DNA of 64,000 nt from Octopus vulgaris (GCA_951406725.2 OX597818.1:111042001-111106000); one strand, 5' to 3'. Shown: positions 1 to 15,100, counted from the first letter of the stretch. The notes: generated by a model from the sequence alone, not told the origin. Numbers and translations: made by a program.

Positions 1-81
1 TAGTTCTCTTGTAATTGTTTAGCCCGAGGTCAGTCCTGATCTGCCAATATACTGCACTGTAAATAAATCATATCGACTAAC

Positions 82-115
82 CTTACGGCCTTTGAAGAAT
101 TCCTCTGCTACTTTC
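82..115 (-). CDS. Exon 19 (type B1, 34 nt): [11 protein letters not shown]
   Basis: ttcttttgcag|GAAAGTAG...GGCCGTAAG|gttagt; phase 2->0. Confidence 0.85.
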
Positions 116-3100
116 CTGCAAAAGAAACAAATAGACACATATTTTCAGCACATCATCACAATCATCATCATTACTTCTACATCAATTCACAAAAAGAACC
201 ATTACAGAACTGTTATTTTATGTTTGTACATTTTATTATTTAAATCTAAATCTAGAATTCATTTGAATAGGTTTAATCTCTGATTATTACCAGGCATCAT
301 ATTTGTGGATGTCTGTACAGTATGAAACTGGAATGTATTTAGCTTCCAAAAGATTTCTCTGTCAGAAAAAGCAGCCATGGTGAGTCGATGTCAGTTTTAG
401 GTTTATCTTAACTGGCTTCTTAACAAGAGCATGACTCTTGCTAATAGGTAAAGCATCTTAGTTTTCCAAAAGGAACAAATGAATAAATAATATCACAAAG
501 TATTATAAATGCTTCAAATTTTCATTAAGCTTGAAACTCGTGTTCATTCATTCAAATTAAGCTTCATTCAATTATTCTGGCAAAAGACTTTTGTCTTTGA
601 ATAACAAGTAATTCTTCATTATCTCGCTTCTATATTGCTCACTGGCCAGTCCATGGTCAGTTTTGGTAGCATATCAGGCATTTTAAGATGAGGTTGCAAA
701 CCCTCTGATTTAACCCTTCCCCAATTATAGAGACAAAGACACTGTGGATGTGCCCTAAGATATTTTATCCCTGGATTTGATTGGTAATTTATTTATCAGA
801 ACCAGGAGGATAGAAGGTAATGTTGACTTGTGTGGGATTTGAACTCATAGCAAAGCGTGCTGGAAAGAGAAGTACAACACTTTCAATCTGACACTCTTAT
901 GATCCTGTCAATTTCCACCAAACAAATACTTAGTAACTTTTTAACAGTCCTCTAAGCAAACATAGTTTAATAGCCACTGGAGTATGTGATAAATATTTTG
1001 GTATAAAACAAGAGAAACCTCAGTCATAATGCTGACTTACATGGAACTGCACCTTGTTACCACATTGTGATATCACAGATTGGTTAATGATACTTTTCGT
1101 CTCATTCCTTATTTGAATCATATGTCTTTTCACCCTTTAGTGTTGAAACTGGCTAAAACCAGCCAACGTTAAATCCCCTTTATTTGTTCAAACCAACCAA
1201 ATCTAACCGTATCCGACTGCTCTATGAAACTGCTAAAAAATAAACAAATCATGTTGCTGAATTCTCGTAGCTTTTAGATAATGTGCAATGAAGCCTTTCC
1301 CACTTTTATTCAAGTATAAATAGTGTGAAATTGTTTAAATCACATAGTTTTTTTCAATATTTGAAGAGAAGTCTGTAATTTGTTTTTAATGAAATGGCAT
1401 CAGTAAGTAGCAATTCTGACTTTGAAGGTTTTACTCTTGACGATATAGAAAATATAAATGAAAACAAGAGTATTTTGTCTTCGGATGAATCTGATATTGA
1501 TATTAGTGAATATTCATCAGATGAGGAAGATCTTGAGAATGAATGTGATAAAAATGAAAGTGATGAAAATGATATCATAAACATGGCAACATGGTCAAAG
1601 ATTACAGCACCAATCACTATTCCTGATTTCACAAAAAAACACTGGTCCACAACACAATTTACCTCATGATGCTCAACTATTGGACTATCTATTTTTAATT
1701 TTATTCAGAAAGTTTTTTTGAAACTGTTATGGAGGAAACAAACATATAATTTCTATTCGCGAAGGAAACAATCCGTTATGGCAGCCAACTTAAACTGTGG
1801 AAATGAGAACATTTTTCACAATCAATATTATGTTTGGTGTTAAACAGCTTTCTTGACTGTGAAACTACTGGAGTCCTGATATAAGGTATGCTGATCCATA
1901 TATGTCAAGCATAATGTTGAAGACAAGGCATTCAAAAATATCTCAGTATTTACATTCAATTAATTCTGCTAATGACCCCAACAAAAACAACCCAAAATAT
2001 GATCCCCTGTACAAAGTATGTCCTGTAATTGATTGCAAGTTACTTGGCAACCCTACTGGTGCTAGTGCCAAGTAAAAGTATCTGTATCAATGCCACATAA
2101 GGGCACTTGTGCCGTTGTCAGATTAGAAACCTCTATGCTGCTGCCACATAAAAAGCAACAAGAACACTCTGTAAAGTAGTTGGCATTAGGAAGGGCTTCC
2201 AGCTGTAGAAATAAAACCAAAACTGATTGGAGCCTATCTGTCTTCCATGCTGGCATGGGTTGCCCAATCTGAAGGAACTAGCAAGATGGAGAGCTGTAAC
2301 AGGCTCCAGTCATCTGCTTCAGCAAGGTTTCTATGGACAGATGCCCTTCCTAATGCCAACCACTTTACAAAGTGTACTGAGTGCTTTTATATGTGACACC
2401 AGCACAAGTTCTTGTCAATTGTTCAATTCATTTCAATGTGAACTGGGGAAAGAAATTATCTTGGACTGAAAATCCCCTCTTATTCTGTTTCTCTTCTGTC
2501 TCTGTTCTGTGGGTGTATGGAATAGGCTTGAACCTTTTGTCTTGCAGTTAAATACATGCAAACAAAAATTGTGTATTAAAAGTTGCGCAACCAGGATTTA
2601 CTGAAGTTGAAATACTGAACATAGATATTATGTGTTGCCTCATGAAAACAGTGTCATGACTCTTGTTACTATTTCCTACATTTATATTTCCTTATAGCGT
2701 TATCATATTTATACATCACAATCTCCTCATAATTCAAAGTCAAAATCAAACTTAAACAGAGTGTTATAAAATTACATACTTGATGTCTTCAGCTGACATA
2801 TTGTCTGGTTGTTCATTGAGTTTCTTTTCAAAAGCTTTATAATCCTAGAAGGGTTTACAATAAAAGCATTTGTTGTAACTTTATAATAAAATGCAATGAC
2901 TTAACATTAATAGTTCTATTTTGGACTGGTTAATGAAACAAAACATTATCTCACTTACATGAACACCTTAAAAAAAAAAACCTGATTTTTTTTCTCTATA
3001 CATGCTAACTTAGAATAAAGACACAGTTCTATATTTAAGAGATGAGGAATTATGTACATTATTTACACTTGACGGATATTTGTCCTCATCTTGTTTGTTG

Positions 3101-6100
3101 TTAACACATTTCGGCTGATATACCCTCCAGCCTTCATAAGGTGTCTTGGAGAAATTTTGAACCTGGGTTCTCATTCCTAAGGTATTTTTCGATGTTGTTG
3201 TTATTATTATTATTATTATTATTATTCAGGTCACTGCCTGGAATCGAACTCAGAATCTTGGGGTTAGTAGTCCGTGCTCTTAAACACTATGCCCACAGGC
3301 ATATGGCGTAGTGGCTAAGAGTGCGGGCTACTGATTCCAAGTTCGATTCCAGGCAGTGACCTCAACAACAGCAGCAACAACAACAACAAGATTGAAAAAT
3401 ACCTTAGGAATGAGAACCCAGGTTTGAAATTTCCCCAAGACACCTGATGAAGGCTGAAGTGTATATCAGCTGAAACGTGTTAACAACCAACAAGATGAGG
3501 ACAAATATCTGTCAATTGTAAATAATGTAAATTAGAATAAAGAGCTGAAGTCATTGACTAATAGGGGATATTGCCTAACTTGAGAAGTGATGCAGTAAAG
3601 GGATGTGACATAATACTACAATGCATTTCTTCTTGCACAGTCAACTGATTTTCATATTCCCTTCTTAAAAGAAGATTCTATGTAGTCACCAAAAGATAGC
3701 AACAAAATCTCCCTTAAATCTTGCAAAAAAAAATAAAGGGTGTGGCTGTGTAGTAAGTCTATTAGTTTACATTTGAAAGGAGGAATGGGTATTTCTCCTA
3801 CCAACCACAAACTCTACCTCTGCCTATCACCTGAAATGTTATTTCTTGTCCTATGAAAAGATAGAAAGCTATGTTGACTTCAGCAGAATTTTGAATCCAG
3901 AAATTCAAGAAAGGTGTTATGCTGTCATTTGATCTGCTCAGCTACATCTTCGTCAACTATCATCATCATTCAATGTCTGTTTTCCATGCTGGCATGGGTT
4001 GGACTGTCTGACAGGAGCTGACTAGGCTCCATGTCTACTTTTGTATTATTTCTATAGCTTGATGCCCTTCCTATTGCCAACCACTTTACCGAGTGTACTG
4101 GATGATTTTATGCATAACCAGCATGGGTGTGTATACATGGCATTTGACTGGGTGGATTTTATGTGGCTCCAGCACCCATGAGCCTCCAAGATTACGAATG
4201 TTGAGCTAGAGAAGGATGCAATGGGCATGCCTGTATGCAAGGCCGGCCACACTTCTACTTAGCTTGACATGTCTTATTAAGCACAGTAATCCACCAGGAG
4301 CCCCAGACCACATCATCCCCTTTGTAAGACCCAACATCCGAATATTCTCTCACCACTTTATCCTACATCTTCCTCTGGTCTACCCCTTCCACTTTAAAAT
4401 TGTTTTAAATAAATATTTCTGGAAGGGCAGGTTAGTTTCCATTTCCATTTCGTAGAGCTGGTTGTTGCTTGACCTCAACATTTGTAGAAAAAAACAAATG
4501 GATGGCGAGGAAATTTAGTCCAAATGCATGAAGGTGAAAGAATTCATACAAAAGGCACCCAAGAAGCAGATGGTGATGTGAAACTGGGTGGCATGTAAAG
4601 CCTGTAGCCAATTTTCTGATAAAACAATGGACTTTGATCAAAAACAAACAGCTGGTCATCTTATGTCTATATGAATGAAAATAACAAACTGTAGATTGGA
4701 AATCATCATCAATATCATAGTTTTAATATTCACATTTTATAGCTTTCATGGGTTTGGCAGAATTCGTTCACATAGATGTTTTTACATTGTAAGGATTTAA
4801 TGAGTTACTTTGGTCTTTAGATTCCCATAGAAAAACAATTGGAGCTAAACAACAATAACTGTAATAGTAACAGCAATAGCCACAAAAATCACAATCAATG
4901 CTTCTGCTGGTGCTAATGCTGCCGTTGCTGCTACTGGGGGTGGAGGTGCTGGTGCTGTTACCCTAACTATTTTAAAAAAGGAATACCCACAACAATTCAC
5001 CTTAAAAGCAAAACAATGCTAAATCTAAAAATGACTGTTAAGGGCTCTGGCTGGATGACTTAAACATATGAAACATAACAAGTCTGTGGTTAGGATGCTT
5101 AACTGTTTCAACTTACATTAACTGAGGATCTACTAACTTATTTCCAACAGCTACACAAACTCAATATGCTGCCTCGTACAAAATAAATAAGAACTAACCT
5201 TGCTCTCTCCAAAATGTTTTTTTGCGATAAATCTGCAAAAGAAAGGAACACACGTAATGACTATCATCATCAACATCATGATCATCATCATTTTTATGTC
5301 TCTAGACAAGGAAAAACATCATAAGATTATAACTTTTTGTACAACTTCATCTTGAGACATGAATTCTCTCTTAATATTGGAACCTACATTTGGACTTCAT
5401 TCAATTACTTCCATTTCTGAACCATATTACTAGTTTTATTCCTGGCTTAATGCATGGTTCCATATCATTAATATTTTAGCAAATACTAGCAGTATCGCCT
5501 GGCGTTGCTCGGGTTTGTAAGGGAAATAATTATATAAGCATTTTTAGAGATGTAAAGTATAATAGCCATCTCAATATGGCTAACCACAAAGGGGGAGGGG
5601 TGTTACTGTAGCTTTTTACGTTCTGAGATTTAATAATAAATTTTAGAGAGTTACTTCCCTTATATATGTCAAAAATGGATTAAAAATGGGAAAAATTGAT
5701 GGTAAATTTTTTTTTAAATCGTAGACTCATCGTAGACGCGCGCTAATACCCAGACGGTCTCGATATGAATCACGACTATAAGATACCTGGTTTTGGTTAA
5801 ACTGCACTGCAAAATGTGGGAGTAGTTAGGAATCTAAATCGTAGGAGACAGACACACAACCTCACTTTTATATATAAAGATTTCCTCTATTTACATAATA
5901 TTGAGGTCTCTTTCTTTCTTTTGTTATCTTACTGTTTTTACCAATATACATATATATATATATATATAAATATATATATAGTTACAGAGATGTACTTGCA
6001 TAGCAAGTGACTTGATCTGAGATCGTGTGCTGGAACGAAAACAGTTGCAGCGTTGAAGGTGTTTATAAGCCATTTAAGAAACACACAAAAACCGTTAGAT

Positions 6101-9100
6101 TCACTTCAACATTTAAATTTAATTTGCCAAAATATTTTCGTCGCTTTGAGACCGCGACCTGTTAGCACGATATTTTTGTCAGTGAACAGGTCGCGGTCTC
6201 AAAGTGAGGAAAATATTTTGGCAAATTAAATTTAAATGTTGAAGTGAATCTAACGGTTTTTGTGTGTTTCTTAAATGGCTTACAAACACCTTCCACGCTG
6301 CAATATATATATACACACATATATATATATGTATGTATGTATGTATGTGTGTATATGTGTATGCATGTATGTGTGTGTGCGTGTCTGTGCTTGTGATTGT
6401 CCTCCACCACTGCTTGACAACGAATGTTGGTTTGTTTACATCCCTGTCACCTAGTGGTTTGACAAAGGAAACAGATAGAATAAGTACAATGCTTACAAAA
6501 ATAAAACTGGAGTTGATTCATTAAACTACAATTCTTCAAGGCATTGCCCCAGCATGGCCACAGACCAATGGCTGGAAAAAGCAGAAGAATAAAAGAATAC
6601 ATTCTCTGCTTTGGTCTTATGTTCAAGGCATGAGAAAGCTTGAGTTTACATGAGAAGGCCTAACAGACCTGGTAGAAACAGCAGCCAAATCTCCCTCAAA
6701 TCACACCTTACTGTCTTATGTATGTATATATATATATGAGCCAATGAGGGGGACCTCTACATGGTAGCTAGACCTGGTAGAAATAGCAGCCAAATTTCCC
6801 CCAAATCACACCTTACTGTCTTATCTATGTATATATGTATGTATGAGCCTATGAGGGAGACCCCTACATGGCAGCTAGACATGGTAGAAATAGCAGCCAA
6901 ATCTCCCTCAAATCACACCTTACTGTCTTATGTATGTATATATATATATATATATATACAAGCCACTACGGTTATTTAATGTAAAGTCTTCCTCAAATCA
7001 CTCTCGGTATTTACTCTCTTCCAAGAACATTTTCACTCACTCTTATCTCTTAGCTTGCCATACATTTTACTCATGTATCTATCAGCGTGATAGACGGAAA
7101 CAAATATTACATCGCCATCCCCATCGCCATCGCATTCTTTTGTCTACCTGTCAACACACTCACAGTGAATTAGTTTCATTTTATTCGTTGCACACTGTGT
7201 GTATGCGTTTGCGTGTGCTGTAAACCAGACTAAGAAAAGCATTTGACATACACACCAGAATGTGAGTTTTCTGTAAATTTTGCTTAATTGGAGTTTAAAT
7301 TTTAAAAACTGGACCTGGCATGACCCGATGCATTCTACTCTTAAAAATGCTAGGTAAATTGTAATTGAAGAAATCCTATATTGTAGATTTCTATAAGTGA
7401 CAAAGGGAGGCAGATAAAATCTGCCTTTTATAATAAGAGATTTACAAATATTGGTTTCAAATTTTGGCACAAGACCTGCAATGTCAACTGGTACTTATTT
7501 TATCAACCCTGAAAAGAAGGAAGGCCAAAGGTGACCTTGGTGAGATATAAACTCAGAACGTGAAGATGGACAAAATGCCGCTAAGCACTTTGCCTGGCAT
7601 AGTAACGATTCTACCAGCTCACCACCATAGCAAACACAGAAATATTGAACTGATGTCACTACTGGCCTTACTAATTCCATTATTGGAAAGACGTATATGT
7701 CTTGATTCTTTGATTCTCATGAGTTTCCCACTTTGGAATTACAAATCTTCATTCTATAGCATTATATTAATTCATTTCTCACTCCATATGTATTAAAATG
7801 TTTATTCTATCATTAAGGCTTTTCAATATTCTTCCATCCCAACCTTTAGAACCTTGCAGTTTTTCATGTACAAGGCACTCCATAAATGCATGGCATGGTA
7901 TAAATGCAGTTTTAATGTTCCAAATGAAACAATGCAGATGGAGATGCATAAAAAAAACATTTTCATCTCAAAAGATGAAGTTAATAATCTGAAAAATTTA
8001 TAATCACATCTGCAATAACTCATCTCAAACATTTGCATATTTAAGAAACATTATCTCTATATCTATAAATGGCAAAATGTTTGTGTATTTGTGTGTCTGT
8101 GTGTCCATTATACAAACCCACAGTTTTTCTTGTAAAAGGCTCGCATTTCCTATGGGCTTTCAAAACTGTCTGAGGGTGGTCGTGAATATCTTTTCATTTC
8201 CCCAGTCACCCCATAAAGCCATTTAAAAAAATCGATAAATCAACCCCTTATACCCACAAGTTATGGGCATGTCCATTCAAAATTGCTAAAACATAGAAAT
8301 TTGTACGCAGTGCATGTGTACAGCTAGATACACCAATAGATGGCCAGCTGTTTTTTGATTGGACGGAGATAATTTTACCCTTGACAGTTAAATGCGTATG
8401 TGCATTTGCAGACAGTCTGTAAAACTCAGTGCATTTTTGTGCTTTGTGAAGACATGTTATCATATGTTTTGGCTTTCAAACGCGCATGCTTTTTTCATTT
8501 GAGAAATGCAGGGAATAATTAATGAGTTAGACCAAGTGAATGACAAGAGAGAGGGATTTTCATGAAAGACCAAATATACCTGATATGCTATCATTCCTTA
8601 AGTATGCCATAAAAGAGTTGGAGCCTATTCAATGAATCTATTTAGGAAGGGCTTTACTTTTATACTTCCGATTGATTGAAGTTATCCAGCGAGAGCTGAG
8701 GATGTTTTATTCAAGTAGGATTAAAAATGGAAAATGGGTAAGTTGATCCCCCAAGGAATTTTCATAAAAAACATTTATTTCTTTGCATTCAGCCTAAGAT
8801 TGAATCATTTGCTACCCACACAGCAGGGGCATAGGGTTATCAGGGTGATTCTTTTGGTGCAAGAAATCTTAATTTGATTTGAGTTTACCAAAATTGCCAA
8901 TCAATCAGTGGAAACTCAATAAAACTATTCCTTGCAGGTTTCCGCACTTAAATTCACTGCAGTCTTTCTTTTTAGCCCTAACTTGAGGTATGAATGACCT
9001 AAGATACAAAGATTTTCTTAAGCAAAATTTCATGCTTTTGTGTTTTGAGATACGAGTGAAAATTGAGATGCTAATAAATTTCCAGTCACATTTTTCCACT

Positions 9101-12100
9101 TGCTAGAAAATTTGAAAACCCTCGTCAGCACTGATTATTCATTTCATTTTGTTGGTAAAGGTTTGCTTTCATGGTGGTCTTTATCGACTTTTTAACATGC
9201 TCCCTCTTCATCTTCAACAAAGCCACCAAATTTGCGATGATTAATTACCCAGTGCATCTGCACCTCTGGGTGGGTTCAGAATCTGCAGAGGTTCAGTCAA
9301 ATGTGTTAAAAAACATATGCAATGGAAAGGTGAACGTAATTTCTAAAAACAAAGAAAGAGATTTAGCACAAAATTAGCACGATGACCCGGTGTTGCTGGG
9401 TCATAATGCTAGTTCTCAAATTAAAAATACAGCCTTTCTCATTTACAAAACAAACAGCTAAAGAAACAAAGAAATGAACAAAACATGTTACTGTGGACCT
9501 GTTTAGTTCTGTAGAGTGTTAGAGTAATCAAGAATGAGGCCAGACTGGAGTTTATATTGTAGTGGTCTTTGTGGTGTAAATGGACACCCTACAGATTAAT
9601 GAACCAAAGCTACATAGAAATCATAAGAGGATCACACCCTCAACAGGTCTGAGGTGTAGAATAACACTTGGGGCATTTGCTTGCTCATTTAGAAATGCAT
9701 AACAATTTGTCTCCTTGTTAAATATAATCAATTAAACACCAAAGATAAACTTGCAGCATGTAGAGTCTATTGACTTTGACTGTTGTTGTACATCATAACA
9801 ACGTATTCCCAAAGATGATTGTCTCTGAAGACTGGTCCTTAGGATTCACTTTAGTCATATTCCTGACAATAGAATCTGGCTACATCATCAATCTCGGCAT
9901 GACTTTTGGATTGGCAAAGAAGAAAAGAGATTAAATGGGTTTTTTTTTTTTTGTCAGAACATAAGGTATAGCAATTGAGAGGTAAAAACCATTTTCACTG
10001 ACCAGCTGTAGCTATTTAAACTCTTTGGCATTTAAAAGGGTTATATCCGGCCCAAATGTTCCACCGGCCTTATGTTCAAAATAGCCAGATCTGGCTTCTC
10101 ACACCTACCCTACAATCTCATTTTACAAATAAACAATCATCTCACGAAATTCTCAAAGCTCCAAGATAAATCATGATCAATTCAAAATGATGTGAATAAA
10201 GCAGCTTTACATTTGCCAGAGTAATCCGATTGCCAAACGGTTAATCATTGTGTCCGAAGTCAGGACGCCATGATAGATCGTCAACTTCTACACTTCTTGT
10301 TTTTTTCTGTGTATCTTTCTGTCGAAGAGCGTAGGCTTGAAACGTAAAAGACTTTTTCTATTTCTATTCCTGAGCGCTATATTAATACATTTGTTTGTTT
10401 GTACTCCACCTGCCTTCATCTTTTGTTTATTTTCATAAACTTACCCGTTCTATATATATATCTTTATATAGTCTTTATATGACTGGCTTCTTTCAGTTTC
10501 TGCCTAATAAATCTGCTCAGAAGACTTTGATAGCATTGCAGAAGATATTTGTCTAGGGTACCATGTAGTAGGACTGAACCTAGAACTATGTAGTAGAGAA
10601 GGACTTGAAATTTCAATGGACATGTTGTGCAGCATCTGTGTGGCTTCCATGGGGTACATGGAGACAAACGAGTTGGATCTCACAATGAGGACAGAACTAG
10701 ACTGCTGGAGTTCTGTGATGCAAATGACCTTATGATCTGTAATACTAACTTCAGCAAACCAGTCAGTCACCTGTTCACTTACAAATCTGGTAGTGACATA
10801 AATTAGATCGACTACATGGAAAAGGTGGCTCACTATAAATGCAAAGTCCTTCCCAAGTGAAAAGTGTACCCCACAACATAAGCTAGTCATAAGAGACCTC
10901 AGGCCTAGGGTTAGAATGATGCCAAGAAGCAAAGCAGTCTGGAAGCTTAAGAAGTCTCAGAATAGTCAGAGACTTGGAGACATATTCACTGAAGTATTTC
11001 ATGAGATACTAACATGTAACTTAGAAGAGAACTGAAAATTCCCATGTGACAACTTAATGGATGGTACAAACACCCACCTCAAACCTAAGGTGACATGGTG
11101 GTGGAACAGGGAAGTGTACAGGACCATTAGAGCAAATAAATGGGCCCAAAAGATACTGGAAAACTGGTAGTAACAGAGAACCATGTGAGACAGATAGAAG
11201 AGAGGCTAGGAGGCAGAAAAAAAGAAGTTCAAAAATGGTCTGTAGCATGATGACCAGAGGCTCAAGGGGTTTCAGATTGCAAAACAGTGTGTCAGAGAAA
11301 ATGGTGATACTGTAAGAGAGAACTGTGTTTGCATGAATAAGGGTTCTCTTGCATTTTAACGATTCTGCAAAGAAGGAGGCTTGGAATAGCCATTATGAAA
11401 GGCTGCTAAATGTAGAGAATGCATGAGAAAAGAAGAGTCTATCTAATGTGGACCAAACAGAGGGACCAGATTTCTGAATAGATAGTGTCTTGGTAGATAA
11501 AGCTTTGAAGGACATGAAGACAGGGAAATATCCAGCCCATCAGGGATCACTAATGAAATCTTTAAAATATATGGCCTAATCACCTGTATAGTTAATTAGG
11601 TTGGCTATGAAGGAACCATACACAAAGACTGGTGTAACAGCATGACAGTCAACTATTACAAAGGTAAATGTAATGCCTTAGGCAAAAATAATTACTGAAG
11701 TATCAAATTGCTGGAGCAAGTAATGAAAGTTACAGAGAGGGTTATAGCTCAAGTAATTAAGAAGACAGTTAATCTGGATGAGAAGTAGTTTGCTTTCATA
11801 CCAAGGAGAAGCACCATGATGCTATCTTTCTGGTAAGGCAACAGCAGGTGAAGCATTTAGCCAAGAATAAACCTCTGTACTTAGCTTTTGCTGATTTAGA
11901 GACAAGTCTTTGACATGGTTCCCAACTCCTTTATCAGATGCTCTATGTGGAAGCTAGGGATTGATGAGAGCTGTACAAGCCATGTACAGAGATGCTGTCA
12001 GTAAGGTGAAGGTCGACAACGAGTATAGCAATGAATTTAGTGTACAGGCAGGAGTTCACAAAGGATCAGTTCTCATGTCCCCCTTATTTATTATAATGCA

Positions 12101-15100
12101 CCAGGCCATAACAGATGAATTTAAGTATGGCTGCCCTTGGGAACTCTTCTATACGGATGACCTTGTTCTTATGGCTGATTCACTATCGGAACTAGAGAAG
12201 AAATTTCAGGTATAGAAGAGAATACATTAAGGATCTTCTCAATCTGATCAGGATAAGATCTTCTGGTTGACATGTGGTGCATCTAGGGCCAAAGGCTAAC
12301 CTCACAGACTCTGAAGTCATAGACGTGATTAAAGCAATCAAATGTCGCAAGACAGATGAAGTGGATGAAATTTCACCTGAGATGTTAAGAATATAAAAAA
12401 GAGAAGGTATTCTCTGGTTGGACTTCTAGAAGGACACCAAAACAATGGCGGTCTGGGGTGATAATCCCAATTTTGAAAAAAATGGAGAGAAAACTGAAGG
12501 AAACAAATGTTTGGACTAGGAATTCCTTGCTTTGTATATGTGTTATTCCTCATGCTGAACCACTAGGTTATGGGGATGTAAACACACCAACATCTCTCGT
12601 CAAGTGATGGTGATGGGACAAACACAGATATAATCACACACACGCATCAATATATACATACGACTGGCTTCTTTCAGATTTTGTCTACAATATTCACTTG
12701 CAAAGCTTTGGTCAGTCCAAAGAAACCATGTGGTTGAGAAGCAAGTTTCTTACCACACAGCTATGCCTGTTCAGTCAAGTAAAAAAAAAAAAAGATAGAG
12801 GGTATACAGAGGGCAGGGCTACTGGACAGCAATGATGTGAGGAAACAGGGCTGTGAGGATAGGATTGGGGAGTAAGCATAGTGCATCATCATTTAACATC
12901 AACATTATTTAACATCTGCCTTCCATGCTGGTATGGGTAGGATGGTTCACTAGGAACCATCCAGACAGAGGTTTGCATCAGACTTCTATGACTATTTTGG
13001 CAGAATTTTTACAGCTGGATGCATTTCCTAACACTAACCACTCAGCAGAGTGGACTTAATGCATTTCATGTGGCCAAGCACAGGTGAGGTCATTTTTGGC
13101 TTGGTTTTTACAGCTGAATACCCTTCCAAATGCCAATAACAGAATTTGAACTCAAAATGTAAAGACAGACCAAAATGCCACTAAGCATTATGCCTGTTGT
13201 GCTAACGATTCTATCAGCTCACCACCTTAAATTTTTTATATATCATTATATTGTGATCACATTTATACAAAACAATCTCCTCATTTCAATAAAGAAAAAA
13301 TCCAATTTAAACAAAATGTAATATAAATATTTACTTAGCTCTGTCTTTGTCAATATCTTCACTGTCCAGATCAGTCAAGAGAGGTCTGTAAGCCTGTAAA
13401 TATTCAAAAGGAAAGCATGTGTTTAGACTTTATAATAAAATAAATGATTTAATTGACTCTTCAATCAAACTGGATATTGCCTCACTTCCTGAAGCAATTG
13501 GTTGTTTTGCTTCTCTACATCCACAGCAACATCAAATTTCAGATATTTCAGGAACATTGGAATAATTCCAGAACATATAGTTTCAACCAACTTTGTACTG
13601 TAGGAAAATTAAAGTAATAATTTCTAAACAATGCACAAGATCACACATTTTGTAGGAGTCTAGTTCTTTGCCCACAGAACTCAACTAGTAAAGGGATGTG
13701 GTTTACTACTTAAAATTTTAACTTAAGTGACCTGGAATTCAGCCTATATCCAACCCAAGTATTCTACCTGTTTTATATTCACACCAACCACATCTGACTT
13801 CTCACACCTACCCTACAATGTCATTCTAAAAAGAAATAATCACACCACTCAAAGCCTTAAAGCTACAAGATAGTACATGATTAAATCAAAACAATGTGAA
13901 TAAATAGTCAGTATATTTGACAGAGGACTATGAATGCCAAAAGTTTAAACAACAATAACAAAAATAATATAATTAAATACGAATCCAATAGAAGAAACAA
14001 AGACTTTCTCTTTCATTAGTTTCAATATCAATGCTGCAGTGGGTACTTCTACCTCCACAAATTCAACAACTTTTTGTTGCTTTAACAAGCTTGAATGAAT
14101 GGGATGCTACACTGAACTCACTTGCATTTTATTTCAGAAATTGCAAACATTAAACTAGTATATCAAAATCTTGTATACCGTCAAGTCTCTTCCTCTTAAT
14201 GCTGTACCAAATTACCAATATTTGAAAGAGGTTTAGAATTCCAAAACAAAGTAGAGAAGCAAAATAAGTTTGGAGAAAAGAATAAATATAATTTCTATTT
14301 CTTAATAGAAAAAGGCCCTCACAAAAGGTTGCATATAATCATTTCATTTGCTTAATTATAGCAACTAAACTGTTATCAACTATCATCTTTGAAATGACAT
14401 CAGCTTATATTAAGTTCCTCGACTTCAGACAATGATCTACTAGAAAGACAAAACTTTTATATTTTTTAGAGGTTTGTCAGATGAGGCAAGTTAGTTTTTG
14501 GGACATTTTAGTATACCTGCCTCAGACTTGTAAGAATTTCAGTGTATGATGTTCAACCTGAATATCTGAAGGTAAAAAATAACCGGTGGAGAGGAACTGC
14601 TGATTTGGTCCAAATGCATGAAGGTGAGGGAATTACCAATAAGGTCACCCAAGAACCAATCTTTTAAATATTTTGGTAGAAAACAAGAGAAATCTCAGTC
14701 ATGACATCTCTAGTTAGAAACACATCAGAAAGAAAAGGTGACTTAGATGAAACTGCACCTTGTTACATACTGTGATGTCACAGGTAGGCTAATGATACCA
14801 TTTACCTTATTTCTTAAATGAATTATAAGTCTTTAGAAAAACCTTCATAGATGATAGAATGTTGAAGGTTTTTGCAGCTTTATTTTTAACCCTTTAACAG
14901 ATTATTCAGTGAAATGTAATTCATATTTATCCACATTGTTCTGAATTAGTCATGCATTATCTTGTAGATTTGGGGTTTTGATTATGTGATTGTATATGGA
15001 TAAAACCCAAACTGCATGTCATGTTTATCTCCACATGAGTGCAAATGAGGACTTGTAGATTGGATGTTGCTGCTGTTGCTGCTACTACTGGCACCACCAT

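Larger units (their letters stand above)
5486..7440 (-). mobile_element. Composite non-autonomous Helitron insertion
   Basis: Minus-strand 5' TC ends at 7440 and 5880; 3' GC hairpin plus CTAG at 5486-5515; inserted between A and T; the paralog at ~22021 reads tttagcaaata|tttacaaata (empty site). Confidence 0.75.

Noticed and set aside
3300-3362. tRNA gene candidates (also ~62129-62195)
   Set aside because: Degenerate cloverleafs embedded in TSD-flanked repeats; these are SINE heads.
4890-4965. CTG/CAG-rich tract (also ~21445, ~34570, ~43460, ~62770) as a poly-Q/Ala exon
   Set aside because: Length varies widely between units, no conserved donor/acceptor pair was seen, and the exon chain is already in frame without it.
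7560-7796. Recurrent [12 protein letters not shown]...[13 protein letters not shown] (also 22149, 43970, 63450) as a small-protein family
   Set aside because: It starts in an antisense SINE fragment and runs into duplicated intron. The copies end differently and one has an earlier stop, so the similarity reflects the unit duplication.
10504-10932. 142-aa minus-strand ORF (and its copy 24605-24940)
   Set aside because: Antisense shadow of the RTE LINE.
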